Below are positions 46,347 to 55,505 of a stretch of DNA of 63,125 bases, piece after piece. The notes below the pieces were generated by a model. That model searched no databases, was not told where the DNA came from, and saw only the letters and a program-made list of their open reading frames with translations. The DNA is from Chthonomonadaceae bacterium. GTDB taxonomy: Bacteria > Armatimonadota > Chthonomonadetes > Chthonomonadales > Chthonomonadaceae. The stretch covers positions 1 through 63,125 of the forward strand of contig DASRGZ010000035.1 in assembly GCA_035650735.1 (NCBI GenBank), in the 5' to 3' direction. Each line of letters begins with the position of its first letter. Within the stretch, counting starts at the first letter, position 1. Made by a program: the position numbers and the translations under genes.

Positions 46347-49300
46347 CTAAAACCGCATCTGAAAATCCAGATTGGCCTCGATCTCGTCCACCAGGTCTTT
46401 CGCGTCGTGGGTACGGAACTCCGCCGAGAGCGTCAGGAAGTTGTCCGGGCTGATCTGATGGTCGTAGAGCAGGCGGAAATGGTCAGAACGGTCGTAGCGG
46501 TCGGTGAAGCCGTTGGCATCCTTGCTGTAGGCCAGTTCCAACTTGCTGTTGCGTCCCAGCTTGCCCTCCAATCCGAACCCAAGCGAGCGCGTGAGAATCT
46601 TGGTCGCCGCGTTATCGCTCAGGCGGTAGTAGAGTTCCAGGGCCAGGTTAGGCCGGAAGGCGTGCTTCAGGGCGACATTGGCGGTCGTGAGCGGGGTGAT
46701 GTTGCCCTTCTCATCCTCCGGCATCGTACCATAAGTATACACGAAACTAGTTGCTCTGGTCAGCTTCCAGTCCGCCGTGAAGCGGCGCACCAGCACCTCC
46801 TGCCCATCGAGCATCGTCCGCACTTTGTACAGGAAGCTGCCGTGGAACCACTTCTTCGGATTCGGGTCCGTCATAAAGGAGTACGTTCGGGCGATAGTGC
46901 TGGTGCCGTCCGGATGGGTAAAGCCGCCGTAATCCAGCAGAAACTCGTTTTTCCACAGCTTCCAGGAGGCCCGCCCGGTCATGACCTCGTTGAGCAGTTT
47001 GCGCTGGTCGTTGAGCGAGGCATAGCGGGCCGTAATCGTCAGATCCCGCAGCGGGCCGAGCGTGAACGGTTTGCTGTTGCTGATGGAGATATCGGCCACG
47101 TCTTTGGTGTTTTTGGCGAACTGATGCACCTCGTCGAACTTGGCGGCCAGCGTCACGTTCTTAATTGGCTCGCCTTGCAGGCCGACGGAAACCGCATTGG
47201 CGTTCGCGTTGTTGTTGGTATCCGTCTGCGAGACGCCAGCCACCACCGCAAACTGCTTCGTCGCCTGCCACTGCAAATCGAATGCGTCGGTACTCTCCGA
47301 GGGGTCATCGCCCCGGTCTATATCCAGCTTCGAGTAGCCGAGGCTGAAATTTCGGGCTGGCTTGGCGTGGACGTTCAAGTTGATCGTGTTCTCAAACTTG
47401 CCCTGCTGGAACGCGATGCGCTTCGTTTCCAGGCTGACGGCATTGGGTCGCGCTGGGTCCGTCTGAAACTTTAGATAGTCGGTCTTGGCGGCGCTGGCGA
47501 CCTCGCCCTTGTCAAAGGTCGTATTATCGTCCCGGTAAAGGTTGAGCGTCACGCCCTTGCCGAAGTCCTGGTTGAGTGTGAAGAGGGTGTGCATGAGGCC
47601 GTTCTGCTTCTCGTCGGCGGTCGTCAGGTCGCCATCGCGCATTAGCGAGAGGGTCAGCCGCTTGAAGGGCGTCCAGGTCAGGTTCTGCTTGTAGATGCTG
47701 TGGGCGAGCCTGTCCAGCGGGTTGTCCGCACCGTAGAGATAGCTGTCGAGCAGCAGCCCTTTGATGCCGTCCAGACGGAGCGTATAGTCCGTGCGGCGGA
47801 AGCCGCGCTCGGCTTCAATGGCATGCTTGTCGGCGTCGGGCAGCGCCAGGTCGGCGGCGCGCGTGAACTCCTTTGCCGTCTCCCCGACGTTAAAGCCGAA
47901 CTTCAGTCCCTTCGCCTCCAGCAGGAAGTTCTCGCGACGGAAGCCCTCGACGGCAGCGCGGGCCGCCGATAGCGGATCTTGCCCAGCCTGCTTGGCCGCC
48001 TCTATCGCCGCCGCGACCGCGTCCGCCGTCGGGCTGACTTGCAGGCGGTCATAGCTGAGCTTGGTCGTCTTATTGATCTGCCAGTCGAGCGCAAGCTGCC
48101 GGCGATCCAGGCCGCGCTCACCGCCGAACTGAGCGCGTTCCAGATCGGAAAGGTCGCCAAGCCGCCCGAAGCCCTCCGAGATGGACTGGTTCAACAGCAA
48201 GAACTTCAGCCAGTTCGTATGGAACGTAAACACGGTGCGGCGGATGGCGTCCTCCGCGCTTGTTCCCAGCGGCGCGCCCTCCTTCAGCGCGGCGTCGCTA
48301 ATGGCAAACTGGTTGAAGGCGATGTCGCTCCCCTTGCCCAGTTTCAGGCGCGCGCGCAGGGCCGTGCGCGCCAGCCCGGCCTCCTTGACCGCCTGATCGC
48401 GCTCTTTGGCCGTCACCTGCTCCGGCGTTACCTCCGGGTCAAACTGGCGGCGGATGTCCAGGGCCAGGCGATTCTTCTCCTCATCGGCCAGGTCGGCGAA
48501 GCGGGTAAAGCCCGGATCGGCGCGATGGCTCAAGTAGTCAAGCTCAAAGGCCGGCGTTGAGAACGTCAGGCTGTCCCGCCGTAGGCTGCCGCCGTCCGCG
48601 CCGAAGCGTTGCTCCAGAAAATCGAGCCCACCGCGCGACGCGCCCGCTTTATTCTTTCCGAAATTGAAGCCGAGGCCGAGGCTGGAGATGTGCATCCCCT
48701 TCTCGTGCTCCCACTGGGCCTTTTCCGCCTCGCGCAGCCCCTGGAAATGGGCAAACGTCTCCCCAATGCTCCGGGAGGCATAGTTCAGATAGAAATTGCG
48801 GGCCGTATAGCCGAGCGCCTGTTGGGTGATCGAGCCTTTCTCGTCCTGGATCTGACTCCAGTCGAGCTTCAGGCCCTGCGCGGAGTCGCCCCGGACGCTG
48901 GGATTATAACTCAGGCCCAAGCCGAGCCGCCGCATGCCTTTTTCCGCCTCCAGCAGCTTTAACTGGTCCAGCATGGACTGGTCGTGGGCGTAGTTGAGGC
49001 GCAACGCCTGGAAACCGGCGAACTTCTGCCCCACGTCCTGATAGTTGGCGCGCAGGCTCAGGCCACCCCACTGCGCCGCAAGGTTCTGCGCGATCAGGTG
49101 GTCCAGGCCGGATTCTATCTGTGGCGCCTGGGGGGCCGCCAGGGACGCCCGCGTTGGCAGCAGCAGATTGTTGCTCTTCTGGACGTTGGAGAAGAAGAGC
49201 AGGCCGCTGTAGCTGGAGAGGCCGCCCGCGCCGAACTTGCTGTTGAGGGCCAGGCCATAATTAGAGATATCGAAGCCGGAGCCGTTGCCAGGCGTCATGC

Positions 49301-49877
49301 CATAGAAAAGGCCCAGCCGGGAGGCGGGGCCGAAGTTAAGCTGCAAGCCCGGCATACTCAGGGGCTGGCGTTGGCTATCTTGCCCCTCCACGTAGCGGTA
49401 ATAGACGCTAATGCTTTCAAATGGGCTGACGGGTTGCGCCAGGATCAGCGTTCCGTTGGCCGGATCGAGCCAGTAGTCGCGGCCCGGATGCAGGAGGCTG
49501 CCTCCGGCGCGAACGCGGACCGTCTCCGGGAGAATGCTGCCGTGCGAGAGGACGTATCCGCCGCGCGTGCCGCTGCCGCGCAGCACCTCGGCGCAGGGCG
49601 TGCCCGGCGTATCGCCGGGAGCGGCGGTCTGGAAGCCCGTCCCAAGCAGGCCGCGCTGCGCGCCGGGAAATTCCAGCGTCTCGGCATCGAGCGGGGCCTC
49701 GTTAATACGCGGCGTCGCGGGTGCCGACTGCGCCCCGGCAGGCAAAGCAAGAACGCAAGCCTCCGCCACCAGCGCGAGAACGCTTCCCACGCCCCACCCC
49801 AGGAGCTTCCCCCATTCGCGGCCTCTGCGCCCATAGATCGTCCGCCTATTCTGTTGTCCACACCCTTCCGTCAGCAT
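46347..49877 (-). CDS. very large secreted, probable outer-membrane beta-barrel protein with a SprA-like motif
   Basis: signal ending AGA-Q; ETVRVRAGGSLL.PGRDYWLDPANGTL; repeated GxxFxxFxxL motifs; C-terminal FQMRF. Confidence 0.75.
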   Translation of the reverse strand: MLTEGCGQQNRRTIYGRRGREWGKLLGWGVGSVLALVAEACVLALPAGAQSAPATPRINEAPLDAETLEFPGAQRGLLGTGFQTAAPGDTPGTPCAEVLRGSGTRGGYVLSHGSILPETVRVRAGGSLLHPGRDYWLDPANGTLILAQPVSPFESISVYYRYVEGQDSQRQPLSMPGLQLNFGPASRLGLFYGMTPGNGSGFDISNYGLALNSKFGAGGLSSYSGLLFFSNVQKSNNLLLPTRASLAAPQAPQIESGLDHLIAQNLAAQWGGLSLRANYQDVGQKFAGFQALRLNYAHDQSMLDQLKLLEAEKGMRRLGLGLSYNPSVRGDSAQGLKLDWSQIQDEKGSITQQALGYTARNFYLNYASRSIGETFAHFQGLREAEKAQWEHEKGMHISSLGLGFNFGKNKAGASRGGLDFLEQRFGADGGSLRRDSLTFSTPAFELDYLSHRADPGFTRFADLADEEKNRLALDIRRQFDPEVTPEQVTAKERDQAVKEAGLARTALRARLKLGKGSDIAFNQFAISDAALKEGAPLGTSAEDAIRRTVFTFHTNWLKFLLLNQSISEGFGRLGDLSDLERAQFGGERGLDRRQLALDWQINKTTKLSYDRLQVSPTADAVAAAIEAAKQAGQDPLSAARAAVEGFRRENFLLEAKGLKFGFNVGETAKEFTRAADLALPDADKHAIEAERGFRRTDYTLRLDGIKGLLLDSYLYGADNPLDRLAHSIYKQNLTWTPFKRLTLSLMRDGDLTTADEKQNGLMHTLFTLNQDFGKGVTLNLYRDDNTTFDKGEVASAAKTDYLKFQTDPARPNAVSLETKRIAFQQGKFENTINLNVHAKPARNFSLGYSKLDIDRGDDPSESTDAFDLQWQATKQFAVVAGVSQTDTNNNANANAVSVGLQGEPIKNVTLAAKFDEVHQFAKNTKDVADISISNSKPFTLGPLRDLTITARYASLNDQRKLLNEVMTGRASWKLWKNEFLLDYGGFTHPDGTSTIARTYSFMTDPNPKKWFHGSFLYKVRTMLDGQEVLVRRFTADWKLTRATSFVYTYGTMPEDEKGNITPLTTANVALKHAFRPNLALELYYRLSDNAATKILTRSLGFGLEGKLGRNSKLELAYSKDANGFTDRYDRSDHFRLLYDHQISPDNFLTLSAEFRTHDAKDLVDEIEANLDFQMRF

Positions 49878-50146
49878 GGCAGCGCCCCCGCTTCGTTACC
49901 GCTTCTGCTCCACCTTCATCGCAGATAACGTGCACGGGTTGTTCCACAGTTTGATTGACGGATTACCGCAAATAATGCAGCGCGGCAACCGCGTTTGCGG
50001 CCAGGTACATGCACCGCACGCAAATTACATCGGTTCAGACTTCCTTCACAGGGTGCAGGCCGGGCAGAGACTGCCCGGCCTGCGCTTTCGCCCTGATGCC
50101 GTCCCGGCTCCGGTCGGAGCGGCGCCAGGCGCGGAAAGAGACGTAC

Positions 50147-51379
50147 CTAAAACTTTCCGGAGATGAGCGACACTGCGGCCTGCCGCCGCTCGATGTTCTG
50201 TACGGCATCGCGGTCATAACCGAGGTTGGCGGCGGCACGCTCGCGCTTCAAATCCGCATTGCTCGCAATCAGGCGCGGGTCGGGCGGCAACTGCTCGCGC
50301 AGGATATGCCCTATCCGCACCCGTACCGTCTTGCCGGGCACGGACGTAGACGCCACTTTGGGCGTCCCGTCGCCGTCTTTGGGCTGGGCCGCCGTCGAGC
50401 CGGATTTTCCGGCAGCGGCGGGAGGGGCCGACACGGCCACATCGCTTTCCCGCAGGTCGGACGCCGAGAAATCGTCCTGTCCCATCCAGGCCAGGCGCTG
50501 GTTGCGGGCATCCATCATCGGCAGCTTAGAGTAGGCGATCACCTGCGCCGCCGGATCGCTGCTGGCATCTAGCTTGGGCCGGTGCCAGACGCCAGGTTGT
50601 GCCTGCGCCCAGCGTTTGGCGCGCTTCAGGTTCTTATCCAGCGAGGGCAGGGCCTTTGTCGGCCTGAGCTTCGGCCTCTCTACAGGCCGGGGAACATTCA
50701 TAGCAATTTCCGGCCCAGGCCGCTCGATGGCCGGCTCTGGCTGTTTGTGCCGCAGCGGTGCAGCCTTCCGGTGCGGTTTCGCCTTTGCCAGACTCATTGA
50801 CGGAGCAGGCCGAACGGCCTTTGGGGCCGCCTTCTCGCTCTCTTTTGGAGGCGCTGGCGGCGTATTCATGGCGATCTGCGGCGCGCTCGGCTTGAGTCCT
50901 GGCGCGGCCACCGGCGCGAACGGGCGATGGCGCGGCCAGAGCAGGAACGCGGTCACGGCGGCTGCCGCCACGGTGCCGGCCGGAACGGCGACGCGCAGGA
51001 AATTGGGCGCCAGCGCCTGCCGCAGACCGGCCCATCCGGCGGCAACGCGCCGGGCCAGCGTCGGGCGGCGGCTGGTAGCGGCGAGAATGGACTCGCGCAG
51101 CCCGGCGGGCGGCTCCAGCTCCACATAGGATCGCGCGTAGCGCCCGGCTAGCCGCAGGAACTCAAGGTCGCGGGCGCAGGCCGGGTCGGCGCGCAGCATC
51201 TCCTCGACCTGCTCGGCCTCCTCCGCTGTCACCTCACCATCTACATAGGCGCTGAGCAGGCTCCAGAGGGCATCGTCCTCCCTGGTTATGCCGTCGCGCG
51301 CATCCTCCCACGGCGCCGGTTCACTGTTCGGTTTACGCCGCTCAAAATTGTTCTCGTTTGGCTCATACTCGGTGGGCAT
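50147..51379 (-). CDS. anti-sigma factor-like membrane protein (degenerate zf-HC2)
   Basis: LLSAYVDGE..EAEQVEEML..DPAC; one TM helix; Pro/Lys-rich tail; RBS aaggagg. Confidence 0.75.
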   Translation of the reverse strand: MPTEYEPNENNFERRKPNSEPAPWEDARDGITREDDALWSLLSAYVDGEVTAEEAEQVEEMLRADPACARDLEFLRLAGRYARSYVELEPPAGLRESILAATSRRPTLARRVAAGWAGLRQALAPNFLRVAVPAGTVAAAAVTAFLLWPRHRPFAPVAAPGLKPSAPQIAMNTPPAPPKESEKAAPKAVRPAPSMSLAKAKPHRKAAPLRHKQPEPAIERPGPEIAMNVPRPVERPKLRPTKALPSLDKNLKRAKRWAQAQPGVWHRPKLDASSDPAAQVIAYSKLPMMDARNQRLAWMGQDDFSASDLRESDVAVSAPPAAAGKSGSTAAQPKDGDGTPKVASTSVPGKTVRVRIGHILREQLPPDPRLIASNADLKRERAAANLGYDRDAVQNIERRQAAVSLISGKF

Positions 51380-51447
51380 TGTCGCCCTCCTTTAACAACA
51401 CCTATTACCAACCGGCTTCCTTGCCGGTCAATGTGCCAGGGTGCTAA

Positions 51448-51538
51448 GAGCGTCTAACAAAACCCGTTCTCCCTCTGCCTTGCAGGGAGAGGGCCGGGGT
51501 GAGGGGAGAGCCTCACGGCCAAGTTTTGTTAGGAACTC
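51448..51538. mobile_element. MITE with 16-bp imperfect TIRs and a TAA target duplication
   Basis: taa-GAGCGTCTAACAAAAC...GTTTTGTTAGGAACTC-taa. Confidence 0.65.
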
Positions 51539-51633
51539 TAAGTACCTAAGTACCTGGAACCTTTTTAACAACCTTATCACCAACCGACCCCTTGCCGGGG
51601 CGTATCACGGTCACACCAGATGGTTCTGCCCTA

Positions 51634-51661
51634 TACGACAGAGAGAACCAGGCAATGTTAC
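51634..51661 (-). promoter_or_regulatory. ECF-type promoter
   Basis: GTAAC-N17-GTCGTA upstream of the anti-sigma-like gene. Confidence 0.45.
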
Positions 51662-51858
51662 AACTTTTTGCCTCGAACGAGGATATTTGCCCGCAGCCGG
51701 ATCCAGCAACCCGTTCCTCCGCGATTTGAGGCAGGGATTGCCGGGGACCGCGCCGAAAGTGGTTTCTAGGAAGGGATCAGGACTCCTGCTGCGCGGGCGC
51801 GCTCCTGGCATACGGCAGACTGCGTAACGGGAGATTTCGGAAAAGGAGGAGTTGGCGC

Positions 51859-52278
51859 TTGCTGAAGTCCGCTTTGTTGCATCCGGAGATTTTACGGGCC
51901 CTGGGCAGCGCCGGGCACGGCGCGCAGGTCTTGATCGCCGATGGGAACTACCCATTCTCCACCGGCGCCGCCCCCAACGCTGTGCGCGTCTTTCTCAACC
52001 TGGCCCCCGGCCTGGTCAATGCCACCGACGCGTTGCGCGTGCTGGCCTCCGCCATTCCGATAGAGGCGGCGCAGGTGATGCAGCCCGCCGAAGGCCCGGA
52101 GCCGCCCATCTTTGACGAATTCCGCCAACTACTGCCTGTCAGCCTTGCGCTGCAGCCGCTGGAGCGGTTCGCCTTCTACGCGGCGGCATCCCAGCCGAGC
52201 GTCTGCCTGGTCATCGCCACTGGCGAGCAGCGCATCTATGCCAATATTCTACTGACGATCGGAGTCGTTCCCCCTTAG
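51859..52278 (+). CDS. RbsD/FucU-family sugar mutarotase/pyranase
   Basis: GHG..VLIADGNYP, RFAFY and ATGEQRIYANILL motifs; TTG start after aaggagga. Confidence 0.88.
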   Translation: MLKSALLHPEILRALGSAGHGAQVLIADGNYPFSTGAAPNAVRVFLNLAPGLVNATDALRVLASAIPIEAAQVMQPAEGPEPPIFDEFRQLLPVSLALQPLERFAFYAAASQPSVCLVIATGEQRIYANILLTIGVVPP

Positions 52279-52289
52279 AAGAGCGGCAA

Positions 52290-52415
52290 TTGGGAGTAGG
52301 CAGTGGGGAAAGGCCGAAAGCCCATATAAGATCAAGCCGTACCTATAGGGCAGTCCTGTCAGGTAACTATGGAATGGCAAATCCCGATTGCCGACTGCCC
52401 ACTCCCGACTGCCGG
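52290..52415. repeat. inverted heptamer arrays
   Basis: gggagtaggcagtgggga versus cccgattgccgactgcccactcccgactgcc. Confidence 0.6.
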
Positions 52416-52431
52416 TTTTTGAGAGGTCGTT

Positions 52432-53610
52432 ATGCGAATCGAACAGGTGGATTTCTTCTATCTGGCGATGCCGGTCATTACCGACGAGGTAGACGGCAGC
52501 CAGGACGCGCTGCTGGTGCGAGTGCGCGCCGGCGAGTGGGAAGGCTGGGGGGAATGCGAGGCGGCCCCCCTGCCCTGCATCGCCGCCTACTACTGCCCGC
52601 CATCGCACGGCGCGTGCAAGCCGGTCAAGACGGCGGTGGAGGGCGCGACGCTGGATAGCCCGGAGGACATCCGGCGCATCAACGCGGAGGCGCGTCGGCT
52701 GGGTCTGGACCTGCTGCAAACCGATCACACGCTCTCGGGCGTGGATGTGGCGCTCTGGGATCTGCTGGGCAAGGCGCGGGGCGTGCCGGTCTACCAGTTG
52801 CTGGGGGATAGGCAGGCGTATCCCAAACTGCCCTACGCCTCCGTCCTGCTGGGCGACACGCCCGAAGAGACCTATGCCAAGGCCCGCGCGATACGGGAGC
52901 AGGGCTTTCGCGCCGCCAAGTTTGGCTGGGGCTCCTTCGGCAAGGGCACGGTCGGAGAGGACGTGGCGCACGTGCGCGCGGCGCGCGAGGGCCTGGGCGA
53001 GGACGGCATCCTGCTCTTTGATGCGGGCGTGGTCTGGGGCGACGATCCGGCCCCAGCGCTGGCGCGGGCAGAGCATTTCCGCGAGTTTCGGTTGACGTGG
53101 CTGGAGGAGCCGTTCCGCTCGGAGGCGCTGGATGCCTACCGCACACTGGCGGAGGAGCATCCGGAGCTGGCGCTGGCAGCCGGCGAGGGAGCCAATAACT
53201 ATTACATGGCCCGCGATCTGGTGATGCTGGGCAAGGTGCGCTATCTACAGATTGACGCCGGGCGCATCGGCGGCATCACCACCGCCTACGAGGCGCGCCG
53301 CCTGGCGGAAAACACCGGCGTTACCTACGTCAACCACACCTTCACATCGCATCTGGCGCTCAGCGCTTCGCTCCAGCCCTACGCGGGCGTGGAACGGTTT
53401 CAATTGGCGGAGTATCCGGTCGAGCTTAAGCCGCTGGCGCGCGAGCTGGCCCATGAAAAGATTCTTCCCGACGCCGACGGGTTTATTCATGTGCCGGAAG
53501 CGCCGGGCCTGGGCATCACTCCCGACCTGCCGGCACTGCAAAAATATCTGGTGCCGGTGCGCATCGAGGTCGGTGGCCGTACCCTCTATGAGACGCCGCC
53601 GCTGGCCTAA
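52432..53610 (+). CDS. mandelate racemase/muconate lactonizing enzyme family (probable sugar-acid dehydratase)
   Basis: DVALWDLLGK..PVYQLLG, AKFGW, WLEEP, GEG and PEAPGLGI motifs. Confidence 0.88.
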   Translation: MRIEQVDFFYLAMPVITDEVDGSQDALLVRVRAGEWEGWGECEAAPLPCIAAYYCPPSHGACKPVKTAVEGATLDSPEDIRRINAEARRLGLDLLQTDHTLSGVDVALWDLLGKARGVPVYQLLGDRQAYPKLPYASVLLGDTPEETYAKARAIREQGFRAAKFGWGSFGKGTVGEDVAHVRAAREGLGEDGILLFDAGVVWGDDPAPALARAEHFREFRLTWLEEPFRSEALDAYRTLAEEHPELALAAGEGANNYYMARDLVMLGKVRYLQIDAGRIGGITTAYEARRLAENTGVTYVNHTFTSHLALSASLQPYAGVERFQLAEYPVELKPLARELAHEKILPDADGFIHVPEAPGLGITPDLPALQKYLVPVRIEVGGRTLYETPPLA

Positions 53611-53658
53611 CCCCCGGCTCTCCTCCGGAACCGGAAGGGGAAGCGGGGAAGCGGCTTA

Positions 53659-54183
53659 TCAGCTCTCCCCTTCCTCCTGGTCGGTCTCGTCGTGCCAGCG
53701 GTCGGCGCGGGCCTGCTGCAAGTTGGCAAACCGCCTGTCGCCAATGTCGGTTGGATCGCCGAGCGGCTCCTTTTCTTTCTCAAAGCCGCGCTCATCGCCG
53801 GGGCCCCCATACGGCCCCATGACCGCCGGGCGCGCCCCGCCGTACCGATCAGACCCTGCGTGGGCGACCGAGCCGCCAAACGCGCTCGGGGTGTGCAATC
53901 CCACCTCGGTGAAGGTCCCCGCCACCATATCCTCGGCTTCTTCCGGGGTGTCCTCGCTGGCCGGGGTCTCGTGGTCGTAGTCGTCGAGTTCCGAGCCGGC
54001 GGGAACGCCGTAGATGTTCTGGGCGTTGGGCGGTGGGGTCAGGTCGCCCTCGCCCGCATATTGGCTGAACAACTCATCCACGCGCTTGAGCAGCGCCTCC
54101 GGATCGTAGCCCTTCGGCTGTCCATCGGCCATATGCGTCCGGATGAGGTCTTTGACCTCCTCTCGAAGCCTGTCGCTTGTCAT
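53659..54183 (-). CDS. acidic hypothetical protein
   Basis: RBS aggag; one EPLGDPTD motif shared with the upstream gene. Confidence 0.7.
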   Translation of the reverse strand: MTSDRLREEVKDLIRTHMADGQPKGYDPEALLKRVDELFSQYAGEGDLTPPPNAQNIYGVPAGSELDDYDHETPASEDTPEEAEDMVAGTFTEVGLHTPSAFGGSVAHAGSDRYGGARPAVMGPYGGPGDERGFEKEKEPLGDPTDIGDRRFANLQQARADRWHDETDQEEGES

Positions 54184-54185
54184 GG

Positions 54186-54539
54186 CTATCTCCTGTAACC
54201 GGCCTCCTGATCGGCAGGATCGCCGAGCGGGTCTTCGCTGGCCGGGCGGATGTTGCCAAATCGGGCCCTCTCCTGATCGGCAGGGTCTCCCAGGGGATCC
54301 TCACTGGCCGGACGAATGTTGCCGAATCGTCCATATTGCTGGTCGGCAGGATCGCCGTATGGGTCCTGACTGGCTGGGAGCGGATTGGCGATGGTCCCTG
54401 GGTGTTGGGTCTGGTGTTGGAGGAAGATGTCCTCGATCTGCCGGATCAGTCCGCCCCGGTCGCTGCCCGGATGATACATATTCGAGTCGTCGTTGTAGAT
54501 CGCATCTTTTACCTTTTGTAGCAGAAAATCCAATCCCAT
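54186..54539 (-). CDS. small protein with PAS(E/Q)DPxGDPADQ tandem repeats
   Basis: three repeats with a 22-aa period; RBS aaggag. Confidence 0.8.
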   Translation of the reverse strand: MGLDFLLQKVKDAIYNDDSNMYHPGSDRGGLIRQIEDIFLQHQTQHPGTIANPLPASQDPYGDPADQQYGRFGNIRPASEDPLGDPADQERARFGNIRPASEDPLGDPADQEAGYRR

Positions 54540-54648
54540 AATGATACTCTCCTTCTTTAGGGCAAGAAGGCGGCGCGGATGACGCAACATCACCCTGCAC
54601 CGCCATCCTATTCACTTCTACTCTGTAGGAGCGCTCTATCCGCAGCCA

Positions 54649-55152
54649 TCAGTAGCCCGGGGAACCTTGCGCCACACCACCGAAGTCCTGGCCGGTATTG
54701 CTGCCGTTGTAGCCCCGATAGTTTTGCAGTTCCGGCATATCGCGCACTTCGCTTTCCGGCACCTGGATACCGTTGGGCGGCGGGGTCACCCAATGCGCGC
54801 GTCCGGTCGCATCCCGGTAGTAGACCCGCCCGTTCTTGGAAAGATAGTACTGCACGTTGGCCGGCTGGTTCTGGGCGTTTTTATGCTTCTTGTACATGTA
54901 GTAAAGGGCGGCGGCTCCGGCCAGCAGCAGCAATTTTTGATTGGTCGTCAGCCCCCGGCGGGGCGCTTGCCGCTGCGGGGCCGCCGTGGGCGCGACCTGT
55001 CCGCCGCGCGTCTCATCTACCGGCGGCAGGTTCGCGCCGGACTGGTTGGAGTTGCTGCTGCAGCCAAGAAAAGCGGGTGCCACCAGCGATACCGCCACCA
55101 ACAGCGCGGTCGCACGCAGGCCCTTCTTATGCCCAAGATTGTGTGTGTACAT
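54649..55152 (-). CDS. hypothetical lipoprotein
   Basis: lipobox FLGC; LAGAAALYYMY; QYYLSKNGRVYYRD..HWVTPP. Confidence 0.75.
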   Translation of the reverse strand: MYTHNLGHKKGLRATALLVAVSLVAPAFLGCSSNSNQSGANLPPVDETRGGQVAPTAAPQRQAPRRGLTTNQKLLLLAGAAALYYMYKKHKNAQNQPANVQYYLSKNGRVYYRDATGRAHWVTPPPNGIQVPESEVRDMPELQNYRGYNGSNTGQDFGGVAQGSPGY

Positions 55153-55288
55153 TCTCCGTCTCTCCTACTCCGTTGTACCGCCTATTTCCGCTGTTGGGAT
55201 AAGCCGCCAGGCAACAGCCCCTCCATCCATTCCGTTTGCGGCTGTCTTGCCGCACAGAATGTCTATGGATGCCTGTGCGCCGTCGCAA

Positions 55289-55315
55289 AGACGTTCCCCG
55301 CTTTCGCCATGTTCC
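55289..55315 (-). promoter_or_regulatory. ECF-type promoter
   Basis: GGAAC-N17-CGTCT. Confidence 0.5.
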
Positions 55316-55505
55316 GCGACATTCAGGCGTGGGAGCGGGCAGCCTGGTAGAGATAAAATAGGCATCTCCCGCCTGGAGGGAGGCCAGCAAGAGAGACAGG
55401 CGGAACCTAGTACTCCTTCAAGGTAGAAAGTTTGTATGGGTAATGAGATAAGCCTAGCATTCCGTCTATCTCAAGGCTATGCCAACGTTCTACCTGGATG
55501 GACTA

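Noticed and set aside
54200..54380. 66-nt periodic DNA repeat as a CRISPR array
   Set aside because: differences fall mostly at synonymous positions; it is a protein repeat
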